Counted from the stretch's first letter, positions 35,869-48,144 are shown. The stretch: 64,000 nt of DNA from Selaginella moellendorffii (GCF_000143415.4 NW_003314273.1:124001-188000); one strand, 5' to 3'. The notes: a model not told the origin generated them from the sequence alone. Translations and numbers: made by a program.

Positions 35869-36882
35869 TCAGACTCGAAGAATCTCTAGCTTGCTCGCAA
35901 ACGCGATGGCGACCCAGTCTGTTTGGGAAGACGACCACTGCAGCTGGTTGATCTCGGCCTTCGCGGTGTAAGCTAGAATCGGATCCAGGCCCCCGTCTAT
36001 CGGCTGGCTCATGTTTGACAAATCCCAGATCAGCGCCTGGGAGTCGTCACCCGCGGTGCAAATATGACAGGAACTGTGAGGAGCCCAAGCGATGGCGTTC
36101 ACGGTCCCCTGGTGCCGCTGGAGCTCCGCCACCGGGAGCGTCGGCAGGCGGATGTCCAAGATCACCACCCTGACGCTGTCCATGAAAATGGTGGCCATGT
36201 AGCGCGGATCCTGCTTGTTCCACCCGAGTCTCAGCAGCGGCGTGTCCGGCTGGGGGCTCTCGTAGATGATCGTCGAGTGCTCCTTGTCCCGGAGATCGAA
36301 AACTCGCACGGAGCCATCGGCCGAGACGGACGCGAAGACCCCGACTCCGCCCCAGGCGATGTCGTTCACTTCCTTGTCATGGGCGATGAGCTGAGTGTCC
36401 ACCACTTCCTTCTCTATATCCCAAATCGTGCAAGTAGTGTCGATGCTCGAAGTTCCTACGCGCTTGGGCTCGAGCTCGTTCCAGTCGAAGGAAGTGAGCG
36501 GCGCGCAAAACTCACTGTTCTTGTTGTTGTTGAGCAAGCTCTTGAGCTCCACCTTGTCCTCCCCGACTTGCCATATCCGCAGGAAATCGCCCGAGGTCGC
36601 CACTAGATCCGGCCGCTGGCACTCCTTGTCCGGGATGAACATGAGCTTGGTGGTCGGGTAGGGGTGCTCGAAGCACAGCCGGGAATCCGCCACGAATTTG
36701 TTCTTCTCGTCGTCCAGCTGCACAATCTGGACCATGTTCCTGTAATCCTCAAGAAAGCTGCCAATCCCCAGCCGGAATTGCGAGTCCTTGCGCACGCTCC
36801 AGTTCATGGCGTAGATCGGCCAGTTCGCGTCGTAGGTGTAGATCTCGGCGCGCTTGGCCGGCTCTTGCGCGTCGCTCGCCAT
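35869..36882 (-). CDS. LWD1: Intronless WD40 protein of the AN11/LWD1/TTG1 (DCAF7) family
   Basis: [88 protein letters not shown] and terminal KLEILRV. Confidence 0.95.
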   Translation of the reverse strand: MASDAQEPAKRAEIYTYDANWPIYAMNWSVRKDSQFRLGIGSFLEDYRNMVQIVQLDDEKNKFVADSRLCFEHPYPTTKLMFIPDKECQRPDLVATSGDFLRIWQVGEDKVELKSLLNNNKNSEFCAPLTSFDWNELEPKRVGTSSIDTTCTIWDIEKEVVDTQLIAHDKEVNDIAWGGVGVFASVSADGSVRVFDLRDKEHSTIIYESPQPDTPLLRLGWNKQDPRYMATIFMDSVRVVILDIRLPTLPVAELQRHQGTVNAIAWAPHSSCHICTAGDDSQALIWDLSNMSQPIDGGLDPILAYTAKAEINQLQWSSSQTDWVAIAFASKLEILRV

Positions 36883-37147
36883 GGAGCCGGAGGATCTAAA
36901 CCCTAATCCCTGGGACGATGGAATCGCGCTGGAAGTACCTGATGGATCAGCCGCGCATCGCTCCCTCGCATTTCCTGTCGCCTAGGGCGGCGTGGCGGAG
37001 CTGGACCAGGTCCACAATGCCCGGAGCAATGGGAGTTGACCACGTGGTGACTAGAGGAGCCGTCGCGGGCTCGATTCCCCTCCCCAGCACCTTCGAGAGT
37101 TTAGGGTTCTTCCACCGCGAGGGAAAGAGGAATTCGATTTCTCGGCC

Positions 37148-38598
37148 TCACAGCCACGAATGGCCGGGCAGCCGGGTGCTGATTCTACACAGCACACGAA
37201 AGGGGCGAGGGATCCGGCATTTCTTGAGCTTGCGCAGCTCCATCTCGCGGTCTTCCTTGAGCACGATCTCTTCCATGGTGTAGCGCGCAAATCTCCGCAA
37301 TCTCGCCGCTCGCCGCAGCAGGAATCCGGCTAGGTTGGTGGCGCAGAGCATCGGCGCGTAGGATTCGTGGTCCTTGAGCGGCACGAAGCTGAGGTAGGTC
37401 TTGTATGCCACGACTTCGTCGTCGATCTTGATCGGCAGGGACGGGCCCTGCTGCTTCCAGCGGCATCCATCCAGTGTCGTTCTCGATCGCGCCGGCCGTG
37501 AGGAGTACTTCGTCCTCGCGAAGAGATATCGCGTTCCTCCTGGAAACAAGGCACAGTAAGATCGATCAAAACTATCTCAAAGAAGAAATTTTCTAGAACT
37601 CGCCTGGAGAATTTCGCAGTAGGAAAGCGGGATGCGTCGCGTAGATATCGGCCTCCTCGATTTGGAAGCCCCGGACAGCCTCTGGTAACTCCATTCTTGC
37701 GTTTCTCAGTCGTAGAGCATCCACGAGAGCGGCATCGTTCGAGTGGGCTTTTCTGACTCTCTTGCAAATGCTGTTCTCAGTTTCTTCGCAGCTCCTCTTC
37801 CCGATATACTCTCGGAGGCCTGGAAGCCTGTCCTCGTTCTCGTCCTTCTCTGTCTGCTCCAATAATTCAAGGTAAGCTTCGATTTTTTTCTTTCTTTCCC
37901 AGCAAACTAACTATACGCTGCTCACCTTGACCTCTGCCAGAGCATCGACGTCGATGACCTGGTTGTTCTTGAGCGCACGCTTAAGCCCGGCCTGGAATTC
38001 CCACTTCCTAGCACGAGATGAGCAAAGAATATGCTGAGCAAGCGCGAGAGCAGCTAGATGGAAGGACTTTCACGTACCTCTTGAGCTGCTCGTCGTCTGC
38101 CACCACCGGATCATCGTCTTGCACCACCGGATCATCGCCTTGCCGGGACTCAGTCTTCCCAGGCTCCGCCTTCACTGGCTCTGGCTCAACCTTCTGCGGA
38201 GGCTGCTGCTCCTCTTTGAGCAGTTCCTTCCAGCATTCGTGCCCGATCACTGCGTCACCGTCCGTGGAAGCGATGGAATCGCCCGTGAAGCTGGAGTAGC
38301 AGACGGTGGCGAGCTCAGTAGCAGCAGAATCAAGAAACGAGCAGAAATCCGCCGAGCACGACGCAGTAGCAGCCAGTAACTGGTCGACGAGGAAGAACTC
38401 GCTGGAGCAATCAAAATCGACTTCCTGGGCCTGGGGCTCCTCAAGAACACCAAGAACAGATGCTGGGAAGTGAGCGAAGCCAGGGGAAGGAGGAGGAGAA
38501 ACAAGAGGAGGAGGAGAACAAGAACAGCAACAGAAAATCTTCGACGATTCGCCATGGACGACAGCTTGGAGCGAGTAAGAACAGGCGCAAGCCTCCAT
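37148..38598 (-). CDS. Divergent NAC-domain-like protein with the NAC-like region at the C-terminus
   Basis: IEEADIYATHPAFL (NAC subdomain B-like), RYLFARTKYSSRPARSRTTLDGCRWKQQG (C-like), IKIDDEVVAYKTYLSF (D-like) and YTMEEIVL, after an acidic low-complexity N-terminal exon. About 4 exons. Confidence 0.55.
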
Positions 38599-39144
38599 CG
38601 CTCGCTCGCTCGCTTCTTCCCGACGAGGAGCTGGAAGAAGAGAGACAAGAACAAGACGAGCGAGAGCAAAGCCAACACTGGAGGTAACTTAAGCGGAGAC
38701 AAAGTTCGTTCTCGTTTCTTATATACCGCCAAACTGACTGCTCTTTGCCTGGACAGCGACACCGATTTGCTATCATCAACCGGATTTCCAAATGCAACGG
38801 ACTGGGAAGAAGCTCTCTCTCTCCAGGTAAGAACAAACAAGCTTTCTTTCAAACAAAGGTGGCGCTTATCATTGCCGTACTAATCGCTGGTGTGTACGTG
38901 TACTCGCTCACTCGTCACCCATTCGAAATGGAACCATCTCTCGGCTGTGCTACGAATATCTTCCTTTCTTTTTACAGTGACTCGCTCGTCCTTTTAACCG
39001 TAGGGGGGAGATTCTCTGCTAGTGTACACTGTATCTCGATCACTTGGATCCAGGGATCCGGCGGTGGATACTTGGTAAGAGTAACTTGGTAACTTTTGGA
39101 TACGCGTTGTCAGCTAAAACTTAGTTGTGCTTTCCAATCCATAG

Positions 39145-39408
39145 GTGGAAGCTGGCTAAATCTATCCAAGTCCGTTAGAGCTGGAAGAAAAACGAATTGA
39201 TGGTTCTTTCTTCCACGATCATACCTCATTGTGTTCCACTAAGTTCACAATTTTAAATTCAGACATGATGATATAAAAGTATTACATTTAACAATATACT
39301 TTATCATTAGCAATTTCCAAGCTGGCTAGATCTATCCACGTTTTATATCATTCTTGGCTAAAACTGAGTGGAAGCTCGCTAGATCTATCCACGTTTGTTA
39401 TCATTCTT
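39145..39408 (+). repeat. Three imperfect copies of a ~25-40 nt unit (GGAAGCTGGCTAGATCTATCCACGTTT...ATCATTCTT)
   Basis: Copies at ~39145, ~39319 and ~39368. Confidence 0.75.
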
Positions 39409-39467
39409 CATAGTTAATTATGATCTTTAATTTTTTTAAAACCCGACTTAAACCCTTCTTTAATGGA

Positions 39468-41759
39468 TCATCCGTCCGAGCTGAGCACATTGGAGAGGAG
39501 CACGTAAGGCGAGTGGGCGCAGGGGCTGAGCCGCGCGATCTCCTCGGCGGCACGCTCCGCGCGGCGCACGTCACCGGATATCCCCGCCACGCCGAGCAGC
39601 ACGGACCACGTCGAGACGTGGGGGCACAGCGGCATGGAGTCGACGAGCTCCTCGGCGTCCGCCAGGCGCCGCGACCGCCCCAACAGGTTGACGACGCAGC
39701 TGTAGTGCTCTACCGCGGGCGTCACGCCGTACGACTCGGAGATGGCCCAAAAGTACCGCCGCCCCTCCTCGAGCATGCCCGCGTGGCCGCAGCCCGTCAG
39801 CACAGCCGAGAATGCCGTACCGTCCGGACGGTGGCCGTCGAGCACCATGAGCCGAAAGAGCCGTACGGCGTCTCGCCCCATGTTGTTGTAGGCGCACGAG
39901 GCGAGTACGGCGGCCCAGGACGCTGGGTTTTTAACGGTCATTCGGCTGAAGAGGTCTAGGGCATCCGCCACAAAGCCGTTGGAGGCGTATGCCCGCAAGA
40001 GGCAGTTCCAGGCAAAGACATCGTGCTCGGGCATTCCATCGAATGCCGCCTTCGCGGAGGCGAGGTCGCGGTTTCTCACCAAGGCGACGACGATCGCCGC
40101 CCATGACGCAATGCCCAGCTGGGGCATCTTGGCGAAGATCGCCCGCGCGTCCTCGATCTCCCCGGCCTGAGCATACGCCGCGAGAACAGCGTTCCAGCTT
40201 ACGTCGTTTCGCTGCTTCATAGCGTGGAAGACCGCCATGGCCTTGTCGAGCTCGGCGGCCTGGGCATGCCCGGCGAGGAGCGACGTCCAGGAGAGAACGC
40301 TTGATCTGGGGATCTTGACCAGGGTCTCGCTCGCCAGAGAGATCTCTCCTCCCTGGGCGAAGGCTGCGATCATCGTGTCCCAGGAGCTGGAGCCCCTGCG
40401 CGGCATGGAATCGAAGATCGCCTTGCCCGTCTGGAGATCCCCATTGGAGACGTAAGCCCAGATCATCGCGTTCCAGGCCACAGTGTCCTTCTCCGGGATG
40501 GCGGCGAAGATTACCTCCGCCGAGTGGAGATCGCCCGCATCGCCATGCGCGGCCGCAACCGCCGTGCACGAGCAGACGTTGTGCTGCGGCATTTGCCAGA
40601 AAACGCTAGTCCCATTCTCGAGCTCGTCGTTTTGCAAGAAAGCTGCAACCATGGCATTCCAAGACGTAATGTCGCGGCAATGGATGGCATCGAAAACCTT
40701 CCTCGCGTCCCGGACTCTTCCCGCACCGGAATACGCCGTCATCAGAGTCGTCATTACCAGGACATTCCATTCCGGAATCCGGGACATTGAATCGACGGCA
40801 TCGGCAAGCTTTCCTGTCGATGCGAGGACTGTGATGAGGTTCGTCCACATTCCTTCGTCGCGCAATGGAGCGGTGACAAATAGTTTTTTCACTGCAAGAA
40901 CATCCCCTTGTTGGGCATTTGCTGTGGTGAGAATGCTCCAAGTAATTGAGTTCCAATGTGGCATCTTTCGAAACACCAAGTCCCCATGATCCATGTTTTC
41001 GTTAAGAGTGTAGGCCTGAACAAGCGCTGTCCAGGAAATCACATCTCGAAAACTCGAACGATCAAAGATACACTTCGCACGTTCGAGATACCCGGCTGTG
41101 GCATTTGCTGTAAGAACAGTGTTTGTCGAGATGGCATCCCACATTGGCATCAGCGCTGAAAAAGCGTTAACGTTAAAGACCTGAGAAGACTCACTGTAAG
41201 CTGCAAGGATTGCGTTCCACGACGCAATGTCTCTGTAAGACATTCGTGCAAAGATTTCAACGGCATCGAAAATATGCCCAGATTGGGCATAAGCTGCAAT
41301 GGCAGGATTACACGCGACGACGTCCCACTGAGGCATCGAGAGAAAAACTCGGATGGCCTCTCCGGGACAATTGTACTGCGAAAATCCTGACAAGAGCGAC
41401 GTCCACGACACAACGTCCCTCCGCGGCATGACGTCGAAGAGCCGCGCGGCGTGATCCAGATGCCCATTTCGGGCATACGCTGCCGTGATGATGTTCCACG
41501 AGTGAATTCCCGGTTGGGCGATCGCGTCGAACACCAATTTGGCCTCCGCGACGCAGCCGAATCTGCCATACTTGTCGATGAGGAGATTCGCGACGAGATT
41601 GCAGGAGTTGTGCTCGAGTTGAGAGTGGACGCGCAGGAGATCCTGGACCGTGGCGCACGACTTGATGATCTGGGCGTAGTGCGAGTATGATTGCCGCGTC
41701 GAGGAGTGGACGAATCGTTCTACGTGGTGAGGAGAGATGGAGAACTTTGCATGGCCCAT
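39468..41759 (-). CDS. Intronless PLS-class PPR protein with E domain and no DYW
   Basis: 763-aa ORF of tandem ~31-aa S-type motifs, followed by HYSCVVNLLGRS and an E-type end PYVLLSNV. Confidence 0.92.
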   Translation of the reverse strand: MGHAKFSISPHHVERFVHSSTRQSYSHYAQIIKSCATVQDLLRVHSQLEHNSCNLVANLLIDKYGRFGCVAEAKLVFDAIAQPGIHSWNIITAAYARNGHLDHAARLFDVMPRRDVVSWTSLLSGFSQYNCPGEAIRVFLSMPQWDVVACNPAIAAYAQSGHIFDAVEIFARMSYRDIASWNAILAAYSESSQVFNVNAFSALMPMWDAISTNTVLTANATAGYLERAKCIFDRSSFRDVISWTALVQAYTLNENMDHGDLVFRKMPHWNSITWSILTTANAQQGDVLAVKKLFVTAPLRDEGMWTNLITVLASTGKLADAVDSMSRIPEWNVLVMTTLMTAYSGAGRVRDARKVFDAIHCRDITSWNAMVAAFLQNDELENGTSVFWQMPQHNVCSCTAVAAAHGDAGDLHSAEVIFAAIPEKDTVAWNAMIWAYVSNGDLQTGKAIFDSMPRRGSSSWDTMIAAFAQGGEISLASETLVKIPRSSVLSWTSLLAGHAQAAELDKAMAVFHAMKQRNDVSWNAVLAAYAQAGEIEDARAIFAKMPQLGIASWAAIVVALVRNRDLASAKAAFDGMPEHDVFAWNCLLRAYASNGFVADALDLFSRMTVKNPASWAAVLASCAYNNMGRDAVRLFRLMVLDGHRPDGTAFSAVLTGCGHAGMLEEGRRYFWAISESYGVTPAVEHYSCVVNLLGRSRRLADAEELVDSMPLCPHVSTWSVLLGVAGISGDVRRAERAAEEIARLSPCAHSPYVLLSNVLSSDG

Positions 41760-41799
41760 TCACCCATGTTAAGATCAGGGAAAACAAAGGAGGAGTTTT

Positions 41800-42242
41800 C
41801 TAGCCTCCGTGGAGCGTCGAGATGAACACTACACTGTCTTTGTCCTTGATGGGCGCTTCCAAATGCCCCATGAGCTCCCAGTCGTAGTCATTGATCAAAA
41901 CGAGAACTCCGGGCCTCCTGGAGAAATGCAACCGTGAGAATCCAAGCGAGAGTTTAGCAGTGAGAAACTCACACGGATTTGCCTTTGAGGAACATCTCTT
42001 GTCTCTCCTTGAGCAGATTTTCTCGAATCCAAACCAGGAGCTTCTCGACTGTGATCTACAAAGGAAGAACTTGGTGGCCAAAGACTCAAAAGTTTCGATT
42101 CCTACCTCGTTCGAATCCAAATCCACTTCGTGGCACTTGACAGATCCAAACAGTAACTCCAATCCTCCCCTGGAATGCGCCCACATTGACAACCCCGCAC
42201 AACTCAAAACCGCGCTTACTTGAATTCCAAGTTGAGCCTCAT
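41800..42242 (-). CDS. URM1: Ubiquitin-related modifier 1, 4 exons
   Basis: Spliced [72 protein letters not shown]...[10 protein letters not shown], with the diagnostic ISTLHGG C-terminus. Confidence 0.95.
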
Positions 42243-42841
42243 TGCCAAGAGCCCTAGACCGCGAACGGTCACGATCAACGGAATCCAATAAAGCTAATCA
42301 GCGAATGTTCCTTTCGCGAACCGGGCCCGTACGCCACGTAGCACGTATTGGTCATTGCCACCTGTCATTTTTCTAGTGGATGTGATGACGCCACTTGGCC
42401 ATCAACCGACATTTTGAGCTTTTGGGCCTTAAATGTACGGGCGGTCACAAATTGGAGGATTCGGACACCGTATAGCACGTCAATGACGTGCCGGCTTTTA
42501 TCTCACTGCGACCTTCTAGAAATTTCCAACCCGTCAGTCTGGGAGACGAATATTCGATAATACGGCGTATGAGTGTGAGCTACGAACGATTGAATATATA
42601 AAGGCCGCTTGTTTTGTTTTTGTGCTGATCTTGTTCTCTCGTGTGTTTAGTGACTCGCATTTTTTGTTCTTGGCGATCTCTCAGGAATCGAGCGTCTTTT
42701 TCCAGGGAATCGACGCGATAGGGATCGGATTCCCACGCGCACAAGCCGCGGCGGGGTTTGGGATCTAGAGGCGTGTGATTTGGCCGCGGGATTTTGGAGC
42801 GAGGGTTTCGTAGGTGGAATCCCTCGGATCGAGGGAGCGCA

Positions 42842-43600
42842 ATGGAGCGGCCGCAGCAGCGGCAGCATCAGCAGCACCAGGCGGCCAGGCATTGTCGGCC
42901 TAGCGGCAAGGAGTGCAGTATGTGCGGCGATGTTGGATTCCAGAAGGAGCTCTTCCGCTGTTCGTCGTGCCGGCAGCGCTACCAGCACAGGTAAATCCAT
43001 CGCTAGAAGGAAATTTCGAGAGATTACGGTTTGGTTTCTTGTTCTTCCAGGTACTGCAGTAGCTTGTACCCCAAGTTGCCGCCGGATTCCAGCCAGATGA
43101 TGTGCGACTGGTGTGTATCGAAGCAGCCGAGGAGAGATAGAGATGGGCACCAGCAGGAACAGGCGGTTGATGGATTCAAGGCGCCCGGCAGTGTGACCGC
43201 CACACGGTCGAGCGTCCAGAGCCCGCTGGATTGCCTACTGCAGGCCGCGGAGAACCTAGAGAAGTTTAGTGTGAAGAAGCAGGCCAGGAAGGAAGGATCG
43301 CCGTGTAGCGAGGCAAATGTAGTGATTCCCCCAGGTAGAGAGATCAAGCCCAAGCCGCTGGTCCACAAGAGGAAGAGGTGCTCAGATCTGGACATGTCCA
43401 AGCAGGATCATCACCAGGAACAGCAGGAGCTTCTCAAGAGCCATCACCACCACAAGCTAAAATCGCCCACTTGCAACGCTGCTACCCCAGGTCACTCGAA
43501 GCCACCGATGAGCCCGGGCTATAGCCACGGTTTCCAGTTCTCTCCATCCAAAGCCGGTGTTGGGAGACGGTACAGGCTCTTGTCGGAGGTACTTTGTTGA
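42842..43600 (+). CDS. Small plant-specific PHD-like zinc-finger protein, 2 exons
   Basis: ECSMCGDVGFQKELFRCSSCRQRYQHR/YCSSLYP...CDWC and the conserved terminal RRYRLLSEVLC. Intron ~42991-43050. Confidence 0.85.
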
Positions 43601-44279
43601 GTGATCGTGATCTTTGAGTTGGGTTGCCTCAAACAGGCAAAAACTTTGGCCTTGCTAGATCGACCGGGGTTGACCGCTTGATCGAATCGGTGATCCGCTC
43701 AGCAGCTAACTTGGATCCATGATTCATCCTTCCGTGGCGGTGTCGCTACCAGGTTTGGTGATTTCCTGGAGACTTTGTGGTGACAAAACAGGCTTTCCTG
43801 GGCTACTCCCAAGTCTACTACTGGATCCTGCAGGCAGATAGCAGCTTTGGGGTGATGATGCTGGAAAAATTTTGGGTAACTTGGGGAGGGGCTGGAAGAA
43901 CTTCTCAGTGGAATACACACAGCTTTGGTTTTGGGCTTTGTTTAGTCGGTGCTAGCTAGCGTAGGACAACGAGGAACGGTCGATGTGGACTCTAATCTAA
44001 CGGGGAGTGGTAGTCTGTTCCTTGTCTGACTGGCTGTTCATCACATCTTTGTAAATTCGATGCTAACTTTCCTCCTTATAAACAAGTGATGTAAATGTTC
44101 CATAAAGAATATGAGGAGCGAACACAAATAATTCTGCTAGATCTGGGTATAAAATGGGATTTTGTTAGCTGGCTGGAAGATCTCTCTGAGCGAACACGGG
44201 CTGCTTGGCCGCGAGTTACGAAAGTAAAGGAAGTGGCATGAAGACCTGACGAAGATAAATGAAAATTCTACGGCTCTTT

Positions 44280-46960
44280 CTGCTAAGATTGTTCTTTAAA
44301 TTTATGATTCAGGGTTAGTCAAGAATATTTAAAATATTCTTTAATCCAACGGTTGTGATTTTATGCTCTTAACTCTTCCCTAATTCATTTATAATCAATA
44401 TTTATTATTAATAATCTTGTTTACCACTAATGTTATAGCAAGAAAAGTTTACAATCCATTTAGAGATGATTTAAGCTGGTAATGTATGAAGACCACTAGT
44501 TCAATTCAAAACCAAAATTTAATGCAAGAAACTAAAAATAAAAAAACATTGCTGTGCATTTTTGGTTTGCTCAATAGTAGTGTTATTCCTATTTATTAAT
44601 CCAATTGATCAAATATAATTTTATAAATGTTTATAATATATAAACATAAGATTACCATTAGATAGTAGAATATACTAGAATGTACTAGAAAGTTTAGAAA
44701 ATTTTATACATTCTAAATATGTTTATAAATTATAAATAAAAGATTAATCTAGATAAATAATAACCATTAAATTTTAAAATATCCGAAAATATCTAAACAT
44801 ATTCTAGGTATATCCACTATCATTTCAGTCACTTACAATTCTGCTTAAGCAAACCAAAAAGGAAATCTAGAAAAGCCCATAGGAGCTTCACCCATAGGAG
44901 GCACCAAGATTTTGATTCTGGTCATGAATCTAGTATTAGTTTCCACTAGGGCTAGAGTCATTCATTAGAGGCAGTAGGCTTACATAACTCAATCTTCTAA
45001 TATTTCAACTTAGGGATCTCTCAATAAAAAATTACTTCCTTTTGACATTTTTTTTTTTCTACCATTTCTTGATTTCTTTCTTTCTAGTACTTCATTTGTA
45101 TGTGTGTGTCTACCTCTTGGATTGCTGTGAACTCCAATGAACAGCTCCAATGTTTAAAAGAATCAATGGAGCCTTGCCACTTTCAAGTATTTGCAAAGAG
45201 TTTATTTTCTCATAAAAGTGCTAAAGTGATCGTTGTGATTGATCCATATGCTTAGTATTTCTGTAAACATCAAGCAAGCAAGTCTCTCTCTAACCTGAGG
45301 TACATCTTGATGTGAATCCTTACTAAAACTTGGATTTCAGCATACATTTGCATATTGTGATTATGTAGTGTTATGTGTTTACGCACAAGAAATTGAGATA
45401 ATAAATTATTTTGTCAATTTGCAGAACTAAATATCCCAAGATGCCCAATAGTAAAGCTAGCTTGACAAGATTTACATTCAGTTTTCTAAACTCCAGTTTC
45501 CAATTGTTTTTATAGGCTAAATTTGTGATTGAGCAAATAGATTTTGTATAAATATGAATAACTCATTTTCATTAAAAGAACCAAAACAAAAAAACTATTC
45601 TTGTATAGTATTGCAAATTATTTCATTTTTGGAATTGTGAAATAGTAAGTGTTTAGCATTTAATTGATTTCAAAATGAAATGAAAACTATAAATTAATAA
45701 AAAGTTCTTTATTGGTTGAAGTTTTCAGAATTTTTTAGTTTTTAAAGATATCAGTTACTTTTAAGTAAATAAAACCATCATTTGCATAATAAAATTAATA
45801 TAAATTTCAAATTTCTTAATAAATTTATCATATTAAGAAGACAAATTTGAAATAATTAGAAGACATATAAATAAAATAAAACTAATTCATATAATAAATT
45901 TTAAAAGGTGTTAATAATTATGATTTATATTATAAAATTTGATATTGAACTTGATTTTTGTAAATGATAATAAAGTAAAACAAAAAAAGCTATTTTTATA
46001 ATTAATTAAAATATATTTCTTCAAAGCTGTTAAAAATTCAACACTTTTGATGGATGTTAGTGCTAAAATTGGATGTAAAGATGTTTTAAATGATTTTATT
46101 TTTCTTATAACATTTGATATTATATGTTCAAATACTGTTTATAATATAATTCTTTACCATATAATTATTATTTAAATAAATTTGAATAATTTTATGTTTC
46201 TTAATAAAATTGATATTACATGTTCAAACACTTATTTAAATATATATTTTTACTATAGAATTGTTCATAAAATAAATAATTATATTACATTTGTAAACAA
46301 GTGTTAAAGCATATCATTTAAAAAATATTTAATTTGAAACTTTAAAATATAGTCTATTCAAAAACTTATTATAGTATATTTCTTTACCATAAATTGTTTT
46401 TTACAAATATATTACAGTTATATAAGGAAACAAAATTAATATAGATTCTAGTTTTTGTATTTCATTTCAGCATTTTACATTTAGATTTACATATTTAATA
46501 CATTACTTAATGAATTGCATGTAAAGAATATACCTAGAATATCTAAGTACATTCTAGGATATTCCCGCATTCTTAAATTCATGGAAATTTTATTTTTGAT
46601 GCATGTTAAACGGTAGGAATTGAAATTCTGACATTTTAAAACTTCATATTATCCTCCAAGTTAAAAGGATTCACACTAACATGTTAAATAAAACCATGTA
46701 AACCTTAAATAAAGTCATTAAACTTCTGAAAATAACATCATTAACATAGGAAGTTTACGCCCGATGCTATGCAATCTAAATAAGCACCTACCCTCATTAG
46801 GTGTTACACACGTATGCTAAGAAGTATATTACAATATAAATTAAAAGACAAACCTAGTGCATGATTTGAAACTCAGTTTGTTATTATATATTATCAATGC
46901 ATATTGCTAAATATTTTAAACAATTACAGCTTTGGGTGCTGGAACCAAAAGCAACATGCA
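44280..46960. mobile_element. AT-rich decayed repeat/transposon island
   Basis: Very low GC, almost no CpG, no ORFs, and LTR-like TAGAATAT.CTAGAA low-complexity repeats at ~44660-44720 and ~46525-46565. No protein motif recognised. Confidence 0.4.
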
Positions 46961-47814
46961 ATGCTTGTGGAAGTATTGTTTTCTAAAGGCCAGGAACCGT
47001 GCACAAGTTTCCAGGAGCTTGCATGGTGGAGTTGAAATGTTCTTCAAGAACAAACAAGGATGTAAGTTTTCTTAGTCCTGTTGGATCGATGCCACAAAGC
47101 CTTTGGCTTCCATACGCTTGAAGAGCTCTATGGCGAGTTAGATTCTTTAGTGCTCTAAGAGTACTGTGGTTTGTCATCTTCCATCCTTCTTCTCTGGAGG
47201 AACCACACTGCTCCGCTTTTTATCGGCTCTTTCTCTCATTCTCTCTTCCTAGTTGCTTTGTTTACTACCTTACCATTCACTACATGTCCAACTTATGTCT
47301 CTCCCACGTCAATGCAAGCCCCGAACGTCGCAATGAAAACCTTCCTCCCCTATGCATGAAAACATCAACAGCTCCCTCTGTTTTGACCTTACTTTATTGG
47401 ATTGTATTTGTGGATTTGCTCCAACTCCCTTGAAATTTTTTATCGCATCTTCCACAATTCCCATTCCACTAGGGAATTTTCTGCGTAGTCGTGAGCACAG
47501 CTGATTGTGGCTAGATTTCTCCTTCTCTAGCTGAATCCCATTCTGATAGATTTATCTTTTCAATCGTGCCAGTTCGAGCACGCGTTGAAAATAGCTATGT
47601 TCACACACACACAAAACATCAAAACACTTTATAAAACAAGTTCAGAATGTTGGTTACGTACTTATTATGATTAATCAGTTTGGAAGCTTGTTATTGTTGT
47701 TTGTGTGTCTGCTTCTAACTCCTTTTATAAAGTCACTAGCACCATCCTAGCACTTGAAATTAACAGTGCTGCGGTCGCATAACTATAGGCCGCAAGAAGG
47801 ACGCTTCCTTGCTG

Positions 47815-47874
47815 CTAACTCCCTGGGCCTTCCATCCATTTCACCTAACGCCCCGGGCCTTCCATCCATTTCAC
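47815..47874 (+). repeat. Tandem 30-nt duplication upstream of the multicopper oxidase
   Basis: CTAACTCCCTGGGCCTTCCATCCATTTCAC followed by CTAACGCCCCGGGCCTTCCATCCATTTCAC. Confidence 0.85.
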
Positions 47875-48144
47875 CGCCTCTGCAACTCCTATGCCCCACT
47901 ATTACACACGATTTCTATCTGTCTATCTAGAGCTGGCATCTTGCCAAGAAGTCTTTGTTCATATTTCTTAGCTTTTCAAAAATTGCAAGCTATCTCGTCA
48001 TTTTCAAACACCATGTGTCTTCCACGTAAACTTGAGGACCAAGTCGCAAAAGGACTGTAACTCTCAGTGATTTATCCTATGAACCACCGTGGATCCTCTA
48101 GCCTAAAATTTAAGGATCACATTCTTTCCTTTCTGTGGATTGGG

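Noticed and set aside
22990-36882. bHLH plus TTG1-like WD40 as a clustered MBW pigment regulator module
   Set aside because: The bHLH is clade II, not the IIIf MBW partner, the WD40 looks LWD-like, and no MYB is present.
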